Below, in pieces: positions 57,958 to 64,000 of a DNA stretch of 64,000 nt; within the stretch, counting starts at the first letter, position 1; the number at the start of each line of letters is the position of its first letter. Position numbers and translations under genes: made by a program. Origin of the DNA: Gemmatimonadota bacterium (GTDB taxonomy: Bacteria > Gemmatimonadota > Gemmatimonadetes > Gemmatimonadales > Gemmatimonadaceae); NCBI GenBank assembly GCA_040389905.1, contig JAZJZK010000018.1, positions 24,868 through 88,867 on the forward strand. The letters are read 5' to 3'. The notes beneath the pieces were generated by a model. That model was not told the DNA's origin. It saw nothing but the letters and a program-made list of their open reading frames with translations, and did not search any database.

Positions 57958-58920
57958 ATGGCGCGTCGGCTCTCTTGGTCTGACGTTCGGGGCGGCATCA
58001 TCGCCGCCTCCATCCTTGCCGTTGCCGCTGTGGCGACGCTCAGGTTCTCTCGCTTGGGCACCCTTCACGGCGACACCTTCATGATGTACGCACGTGTCGG
58101 CGAGGCGCGAGGAATCCTGAAGGGCTCCGAGGTGTGGCTCAGCGGCCAGAAAATCGGAAAGATCGTCTCCATCGAGTTCCGCTCGCCGACGGTGTCCGAC
58201 ACCGGGAATCGCGTGGAAATCGCCATGGAGGCGCTCGAGAAGTACCGAGGCAACATCCATCGCGATGCCGTCGCCCAGATTCGGCCGGGCGGAAGCTTCA
58301 TTGGTGCGCCGGTCATGTATCTGACCCCCGGCACCTCGGCGGCACCTGTGCTACAGCCGGGCGACAGCGTTACCACCCACCCCCAGGCCGATGTCGAGGG
58401 CGCGGCGAGCAAGTTCGGCGTCGCGTCGCGCGAGTTCCCTGTGATCATCAACAACTTCAAGTCGATCGCCGGCCATCTGTCATCCACGGAAGGAACGGTC
58501 GGCGCCTTTCTGAATAGCGGCACCGGTCCCGGTAGCGGGCAATTCCAGCGAACAGGGCGAGAGCTCGGGCGCCTCGGCAGCTCACTGCATACCGGCGGCA
58601 CAGTCTCCCTGGCGATGAACGGCAGTCTACAGGCGCGCGCCGGCCACGTGATGGCGCGAGCCGATTCGGTGCGGGCACTGCTCGCGTCGAACGAGACATC
58701 CCTCGGCCGGATGCGCCGGGATAGCTCGCTCATGAACGAAATTGGCGATATCCGGAACGAACTCTCGCTCGTCCAGGCACAACTCGACGGCTCGATGGGC
58801 ACGGCGGGGCGGGCCCTGCACGATTCCGCGGTCACGCACGCCATCGCCGACGCACAACGTCAGATGACGAGTCTCTTCGCCGACATGAAGAAGCATCCGT
58901 TCCGTTACATCAGATTCTGA
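57958..58920 (+). CDS. MlaD/MCE family protein
   Basis: TM then GILKGSEVWLSGQKIGKI; C-terminal KKHPFRY. Confidence 0.88.
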   Translation: MARRLSWSDVRGGIIAASILAVAAVATLRFSRLGTLHGDTFMMYARVGEARGILKGSEVWLSGQKIGKIVSIEFRSPTVSDTGNRVEIAMEALEKYRGNIHRDAVAQIRPGGSFIGAPVMYLTPGTSAAPVLQPGDSVTTHPQADVEGAASKFGVASREFPVIINNFKSIAGHLSSTEGTVGAFLNSGTGPGSGQFQRTGRELGRLGSSLHTGGTVSLAMNGSLQARAGHVMARADSVRALLASNETSLGRMRRDSSLMNEIGDIRNELSLVQAQLDGSMGTAGRALHDSAVTHAIADAQRQMTSLFADMKKHPFRYIRF

Positions 58921-58932
58921 TCACAACCGTAC

Positions 58933-58961
58933 TTGACCCTCCTCTGAGCCGCTTCTACCTT
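58933..58961 (+). promoter_or_regulatory. Sigma70 promoter of rho
   Basis: TTGACC-17-TACCTT. Confidence 0.55.
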
Positions 58962-59100
58962 CCCATGCCGCACGGGACCACCTCCCCCCCACCCGCCAAC
59001 GCACGTGGTGTGGCTCCCGTTGTTGTTCGCCGATCGTGCCGCCGCTCATCTCGTGCGTCCGGGCCGACCGCCGCGACCTCCTCCCGCGCTCGACCGCCCC

Positions 59101-60351
59101 GTGAACATCGCTGAACTCAAGCGAAAATCGATGCCCGAGCTGCATGACCTTGCCGAGTCGCTCGAGGTCGTCGCGCACGGACCGCTCGACCGTCAGGCGC
59201 TCATCTTTCGTGTCGAGCAGAAATTGCTCGACCAGCTCGTCCCGCTCGTCGGTGAAGGTGTCCTCGAGGTCCTGCCCGAGGGCTACGGATTCCTCAGAAG
59301 CCAGGACTGGAACTACCTCTACAGTCCCGACGACATCTACGTCTCGCCCTCCCAGATCAAGCGCTTCGATCTCCGCACCGGCGACACCGTGAGCGGACAG
59401 GTCCGGCCTCCCAAGGAATGGGAGAGGTACCTGGCACTGCTCAAGGTCGAAGGGGTCAACGGCGGCGAGCCGGACGCCGCCAAGGCACGGATCGAGTTCG
59501 ACAATCTGCGCCCGCGGTACCCGGACGGACGCATTCGGCTCGAAACGAGCGAAGGCGATCTGAGCATGCGCGTGATGGACCTCATCGCACCCATCGGGAA
59601 AGGCCAGCGCGGCCTCATTGTCGCGCCACCTCGCGCCGGAAAGACGATTCTCCTGCAGAAGCTCGCGAACGCCGTCGCGGAGAACTATCCGGAGGTCACG
59701 CTCATCGTGCTCCTCATCGATGAGCGTCCCGAGGAAGTCACCGACATGCAGAAGGTGGTGAGGGGGGAAGTCATCAGCTCGACCTTCGACGAAGAAGCGA
59801 CTCGGCACGTGCAGGTCGCCGACATGGTGATCGAAAAAGCCAAGCGTCTCGTCGAATCTGGACGCGACGTCGTCATCCTGCTCGACTCCATTACTCGGCT
59901 CGCACGCGCGCACAATTCGGTGATCCCGAGCGGCGGCAAGATCATGTCGGGAGGGCTCGACGCAAAAGCGATGGAGAAGCCGAAAAAGTTCTTCGGCGCA
60001 GCGCGCAACATCCAGGGCGGCGGATCGCTGACCATCATTGCCACGGCGCTCATCGAGACGGGCTCGCGCGCCGACGAAATGATCTTCGAAGAATTCAAGG
60101 GCACCGGCAACATGGAGCTGGTGCTGGCGCGCGAGATCGCCGAGCGTCGCATCTATCCCGCGATCGACATCAACCGCTCTGGTACGCGAAAGGAAGAGTT
60201 GCTGTTCACACCGGAAGAGCTCAATCGCGTGACGCTGCTCCGCACCTTTCTCGCCGACATGGCCGAGCCCGAAGCCATCGAATTCCTCCTCAAGCAGATG
60301 TCGCGGTCGAAGAACAACAAGGAGTTCTTCGTCCAGATGCGGGAAGGGTGA
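59101..60351 (+). CDS. rho: Transcription termination factor Rho
   Basis: [41 protein letters not shown]. Confidence 0.98.
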   Translation: MNIAELKRKSMPELHDLAESLEVVAHGPLDRQALIFRVEQKLLDQLVPLVGEGVLEVLPEGYGFLRSQDWNYLYSPDDIYVSPSQIKRFDLRTGDTVSGQVRPPKEWERYLALLKVEGVNGGEPDAAKARIEFDNLRPRYPDGRIRLETSEGDLSMRVMDLIAPIGKGQRGLIVAPPRAGKTILLQKLANAVAENYPEVTLIVLLIDERPEEVTDMQKVVRGEVISSTFDEEATRHVQVADMVIEKAKRLVESGRDVVILLDSITRLARAHNSVIPSGGKIMSGGLDAKAMEKPKKFFGAARNIQGGGSLTIIATALIETGSRADEMIFEEFKGTGNMELVLAREIAERRIYPAIDINRSGTRKEELLFTPEELNRVTLLRTFLADMAEPEAIEFLLKQMSRSKNNKEFFVQMREG

Positions 60352-60845
60352 GTGCCGCCGTGCTGATGCCGGCGGTGCGCGCCCGGTGGATGGCCATCGA
60401 CTGGGGAGAGCGCCGGATCGGCCTCGCGATCAGCGACCCCACCGGCACCATCGCATCGCCCGCTGGCGTGATTGAACGACGCATCGGAAAGCGCGCGCCC
60501 GTGGCGGAACTCGTGCGGCGCGCAACGGCGCTCGAAGCGCTGGGCATCGTGATGGGGCTACCGCTCGACGGTGAGGGTGACGACACTCCGCGCTCGCTCG
60601 AGTGCCGCCGCGTCGCCGCCGAGTTGGCGCGCCGAACGTCGCTGCCGGTGGCGCTGCTCGACGAGCGCTTCACCACCGCCGTCGCCATGCGTGCGGTGCA
60701 CGAAATGGGCGGCTCCGCGCGCGGCCGAAAGGGAGAGGTCGACGCGCTCGCGGCGACGGTGCTGCTCCAGCAGGCGATGCGCATGCACGAGCTGCATACG
60801 ATCGATCCATCGGAGCTCGATCAGGACAATGCGACGGGCGCGTAG
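60348..60845 (+). CDS. ruvX: YqgF/RuvX nuclease
   Basis: [27 protein letters not shown]. Confidence 0.93.
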   Translation: MSAAVLMPAVRARWMAIDWGERRIGLAISDPTGTIASPAGVIERRIGKRAPVAELVRRATALEALGIVMGLPLDGEGDDTPRSLECRRVAAELARRTSLPVALLDERFTTAVAMRAVHEMGGSARGRKGEVDALAATVLLQQAMRMHELHTIDPSELDQDNATGA

Positions 60846-61875
60846 TATCGTCGTCGGCGTCATCGCGATCGCCGCGGTCGCGATCGCGGCGCCGATGACG
60901 TGTCATGACGTGAATGCCACCAACGTCAGAATCGTCGTGCCGAAGGGCGCAAATCTTCGCGTCACCGCGGAGTCGCTCTACGCCAATCATGTCATTCGTT
61001 TCCCGAGACTGTTTCGTGCGTATGGAATGGTGAAGGGGCACGATCGCTCGATTCGCGCCGGAACGTATGTGCTGCAGCCCGGCATGAGTTGGGGCGAGGT
61101 GCTCGACCTCCTCCGCGGTGGCAAGAGTCTGGAGGTGCGCATCACCATCCCTGAGGGATGGTCGCTCTCCCAGATCGTTCCACAGCTCGCGCGGGTGCTC
61201 GACGCGCCCGCGGATTCTGTCGAGGCAGCGGTACGCGACACGGCACTGCTCCACCGCCTCGATGTTCCTACGCCGACGCTCGAAGGCTATCTGTTCCCGG
61301 ACACGTATGTGTTTCCAGTTGGAACGTCACCCCGCGCGGCGGTGCGCCTCATGGTCGCGCGCTTCGAGCAGGTGTGGCAGCCGGAGTGGGACGGCATCCT
61401 TCAGCAGCGCGCGATCAACCGCAACGACGTGATGTCGCTGGCGGCCATTGTCGAAAAGGAAGCACGCCTGCCCGAGGAACGCCCCGTGATCGCCGCAGTC
61501 TATCTGAACCGCCTGCGGGTGGGGATGAGACTACAGGCAGATCCCACCGTGCAGTATGCGATGGGGCGGCATGTGACGCGCGTGTTTTACAAGGATCTCG
61601 AGATTGATTCGCCGTACAACACCTACAAGTACGCTGGGCTGCCTCCCGGGCCGATCGCATCACCGGGAAAACCGTCCATCGTGGCGGCGCTCAATCCCGC
61701 CAGCGTGAAGTACCTCTTTTTCGTCGCCTTCCCGGATGGTCACCACGAATTCACGGCAAGCCTCGCCCAGCATGACGCCGCGAAGGCCCGCGCTCGCCGC
61801 GCGTGGGATTCACTCGCCGCCACGCGCCGGGATTCAGTGCGGCCGGCGCCAGTGACTCCGGCGCAGAATCGCTGA
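60829..61875 (+). CDS. mltG: Endolytic transglycosylase
   Basis: EGYLFPDTY, IVEKE, LQADPT, SPYNTY..GLPPGPI. Confidence 0.95.
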   Translation: MRRARSIVVGVIAIAAVAIAAPMTCHDVNATNVRIVVPKGANLRVTAESLYANHVIRFPRLFRAYGMVKGHDRSIRAGTYVLQPGMSWGEVLDLLRGGKSLEVRITIPEGWSLSQIVPQLARVLDAPADSVEAAVRDTALLHRLDVPTPTLEGYLFPDTYVFPVGTSPRAAVRLMVARFEQVWQPEWDGILQQRAINRNDVMSLAAIVEKEARLPEERPVIAAVYLNRLRVGMRLQADPTVQYAMGRHVTRVFYKDLEIDSPYNTYKYAGLPPGPIASPGKPSIVAALNPASVKYLFFVAFPDGHHEFTASLAQHDAAKARARRAWDSLAATRRDSVRPAPVTPAQNR

Positions 61876-62513
61876 TGTCGGTCGCCGCGCACGTCGATCC
61901 GGCGTCGCTACGGCTGATCGCGATCACCGACTCGCTGCGCGATGGCATCGATGGGCTGGCCTCCCGCGCTGCGCGCGCGGTCCTCGGCGGCGCGACGATG
62001 ATCCAGGTACGTCTCGAACATGAGAGTCCCCGGACGCTCGTCGAGTCGGCGCGCGCCATTGTGCACGCCGTCGCGCCGGCCCCCGTACTGGTGAGCGCCA
62101 GAGCCGACGTCGCACTCGCGGCTGGCGCGCATGGCGTCTACTCCAGCGTGGACGACCTATCCCCCGCTATTCTGCGCCGTTTCGTTCCGGAGGGATTCAT
62201 CATCGGCGTGTCTCTCGGGAGCGAAGCTGACCTCACGCGAGTGACGGGCGCGGATTTCGTCGGCATCGGACCTCTGTTCAGCAGTGGCGCGTCCGGCGCT
62301 GCGGTCGGGCTCGGACTGGATCGATTCGCGGCGCTCGCGCGTCGTGCGGCACTGCCCGCTGTGGCGATCGGCGGTATCGCGGCAGACAATGTGCGCGACG
62401 TCATGCGCGCTGGCGCGTCCGGAGTCGCCGCGATCAGTGCGGTGTTCGCATCCAGCGATGCAATGGTCGCCGCGGCGGCGCTGTGTGCCGCGATGAAGGA
62501 CGCGCGCGCCTAG
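61875..62513 (+). CDS. thiE: Thiamine-phosphate synthase
   Basis: ITD, GATMIQVR, VAIGGI, GVAAISA. Confidence 0.8.
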   Translation: MSVAAHVDPASLRLIAITDSLRDGIDGLASRAARAVLGGATMIQVRLEHESPRTLVESARAIVHAVAPAPVLVSARADVALAAGAHGVYSSVDDLSPAILRRFVPEGFIIGVSLGSEADLTRVTGADFVGIGPLFSSGASGAAVGLGLDRFAALARRAALPAVAIGGIAADNVRDVMRAGASGVAAISAVFASSDAMVAAAALCAAMKDARA

Positions 62514-62543
62514 CATCGGGAAAGGCTGATGGGCTGGTCGGCG

Positions 62544-63368
62544 TCACCGTTCCGATCGGCGCGCCTCGTCCGATGCTGGCCGGCCTCGCGATCCGGTCCT
62601 GCCAGGACGCCAGCGAAAGATGACGTCGGGCACCCAGCTTTCATCCTTGCCCGTTCGTCGGTGCTGTGTCGGCTTACGCCACTTCGCGATGCGTTTTTCC
62701 TCCCGGCAAATCTCGGCAAAGACTGGGGGCAGGAGGAATAGGTCGAGCCATTCCGGGTCGAATTGCGATCCGCGACCCTCGAGGAGGATATCGTGCGCCT
62801 TCGTCACCGAGCGTCCATCACTGTATCGTCGATGATGCGTGATCGCGTCGAAGGTGTCCGCGATGGCGACGATGCGTGCGGCGATGGGAATGCGTCTCGC
62901 TTTCAGCCCACGCGGATAACCCGTTCCATTCCAGCGCTCATGGTGTGAGAGGATGCCAGCGGGAAGCTCCGGATAGAAGGCTGCCAGCGGCGCCAGCACG
63001 TCAGCGCCCCGTTGTGGATGGGTGGCGATCGCACGGCGTTCGGCGCGATTGAGCCGACTCGTCTCGTGGATGATGTCGAACAGGGCGTGATGGATCTTGC
63101 CGATGTCGTGGAAGAGCGCGACGCGTTCGATCTGGTGCTGCTCGTTGTCGCCAAGGCCTCCGGCGTCGGCGAGGATCAGCGCATAAGTCGCGACACGCCG
63201 CACGTGGGCGCCGGTGTCGGGGTCGTTGGCGTCGATGGCGTTGAGAAGGGATTCGAGCGCGGCGGCTCCGAAGCGTTCGGCGGTCTGCCTCGTTTTACGA
63301 TCGAATTCGAGTAAAGCGGTGGCGGCGACGGTGCCGACCGTTGCGACGACTGGTGTTGGAATGCGCAT
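62544..63368 (-). CDS. HD-GYP phosphodiesterase
   Basis: HDIGK, HHERWNGTGYP, ADTFDA, GSQFDP. Confidence 0.92.
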   Translation of the reverse strand: MRIPTPVVATVGTVAATALLEFDRKTRQTAERFGAAALESLLNAIDANDPDTGAHVRRVATYALILADAGGLGDNEQHQIERVALFHDIGKIHHALFDIIHETSRLNRAERRAIATHPQRGADVLAPLAAFYPELPAGILSHHERWNGTGYPRGLKARRIPIAARIVAIADTFDAITHHRRYSDGRSVTKAHDILLEGRGSQFDPEWLDLFLLPPVFAEICREEKRIAKWRKPTQHRRTGKDESWVPDVIFRWRPGRTGSRGRPASDEARRSER

Positions 63369-63444
63369 GCCGGACGGAAGGGCAAGCTTCGGTCCCGAAG
63401 ATCGTTCCGGATTGCTCCGGAGTGATGTGTCAGGGTAACGGTGA

Positions 63445-63566
63445 ATACCGATTGAGGAACGGATCTCACGGATGCGACGGAAACAGCCGGCTCGAAGACG
63501 CTTTGGCAGCTGCTTGATCCGGCGGTGATCCGTGGCATCCGTCTGATCCGTTCCTCAATTCGGTAT
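63445..63566. repeat. ~120-bp hairpin element with ACGGAT 9-mer periodic arms
   Basis: ~37-bp imperfect inverted arms 63445-63481 / 63529-63566. Confidence 0.8.
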
Positions 63567-63613
63567 GAGCGTCCCGAACGATTCAGTGGGCGCGGCAACG
63601 CCGACGATCGTGC

Positions 63614-63647
63614 AAACGAAAAAGCCCCAGCGCGAGTGCACTGGAGC
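63614..63647 (-). terminator. rRNA operon terminator
   Basis: GCTCCAGTGC-ACTC-GCGCTGGGGC-TTTTTCGTTT just after 5S. Confidence 0.8.
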
Positions 63648-63660
63648 CTTTTCTACGAGG

Positions 63661-63778
63661 TGCCGGCGATGGCCTACTCTCCCGCGTCCTCTCGGACGGA
63701 GTACCATCGGCGCTGTAGGGCTTAACGACCGTGTTCGGGATGGGAACGGGTGTGGCCCCTACGCTCTAATCGCCAGCG
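63661..63778 (-). rRNA. rrf: 5S rRNA
   Basis: CCCGTTCCCATCCCGAACACGG, GCCGATGGTACT, GGGAGAGTAGG on the minus strand. Confidence 0.96.
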
Positions 63779-63951
63779 ATATCTGATGTACTGCAATGTA
63801 GCGCGCGCACGCGGCCGGTACAGGCGCGCGTGTGCGCAAGAAAAAAGTGATGGACGAGGATGGTGTCACGTGGGAGACGGATCCAGCGTGCACGGGGTGC
63901 ACGTCGGATACGATGCTACGCGTACTCTGCGGTGATGTACTCCAATTGGGA

Positions 63952-64000
63952 GTAGTCAAGCCGCACGGGCGATTAGGACCGCTGCGCTCGGAGTCAATCG
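63952..64000 (-). rRNA. rrl: 23S rRNA, 3' end (partial)
   Basis: GTCAAGCCGCACGGGCGATTAG matches the reverse complement of the 23S terminus; positioned upstream of 5S. Confidence 0.85.

Noticed and set aside
58965..59114. uORF in the rho leader
   Set aside because: The ATG is too close to the -10, has no RBS, and encodes a low-complexity product
1..64000. CRISPR array, cas genes, reverse transcriptase, IS transposase, phage structural or conjugation genes
   Set aside because: None recognised by eye; no repeat-spacer periodicity seen

Overview
A GC-rich bacterial chromosome segment. The gene content and order suggest Gemmatimonadota, but this is an inference. The window has three blocks. (1) 1-24645 is the right part of a genomic island that ends in a 3' fragment of tRNA-Pro(CGG) (att-like). 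It carries an XRE + ImmA/IrrE pair with two near-identical operator boxes and a YdjM-like hydrolase. It also carries two type II TA pairs, a run of toxin-less antitoxin-like genes, a divergent xis-int tyrosine recombinase module and a ParB-like gene. A copper cluster (CutF-like leader, cusCBA, copB) and an ECF sigma lie at its right end. (2) 24.8-50.1 kb holds a nine-repeat Ig/TIG lipoprotein with an OM barrel partner. A Wzx/Wzy/Wza glycan locus follows, fused to a tightly coupled run of two B12-dependent radical SAM enzymes, a radical SAM/SPASM enzyme, three methyltransferases, an amidohydrolase, a flavin-reductase-like protein, GT4s and an HPr-kinase-like protein. This is the best candidate for an undescribed pathway. 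(3) 50.3-64 kb is core-like: cytochrome c, aminotransferase, Omp85, DUF2723, ECF/anti-sigma, tRNA-Arg(CCG), mlaD-like, rho, ruvX, mltG, thiE, HD-GYP, 5S rRNA and the 3' end of 23S rRNA, plus two long hairpin elements. All family calls come from motif reading by eye; no database searches were run.
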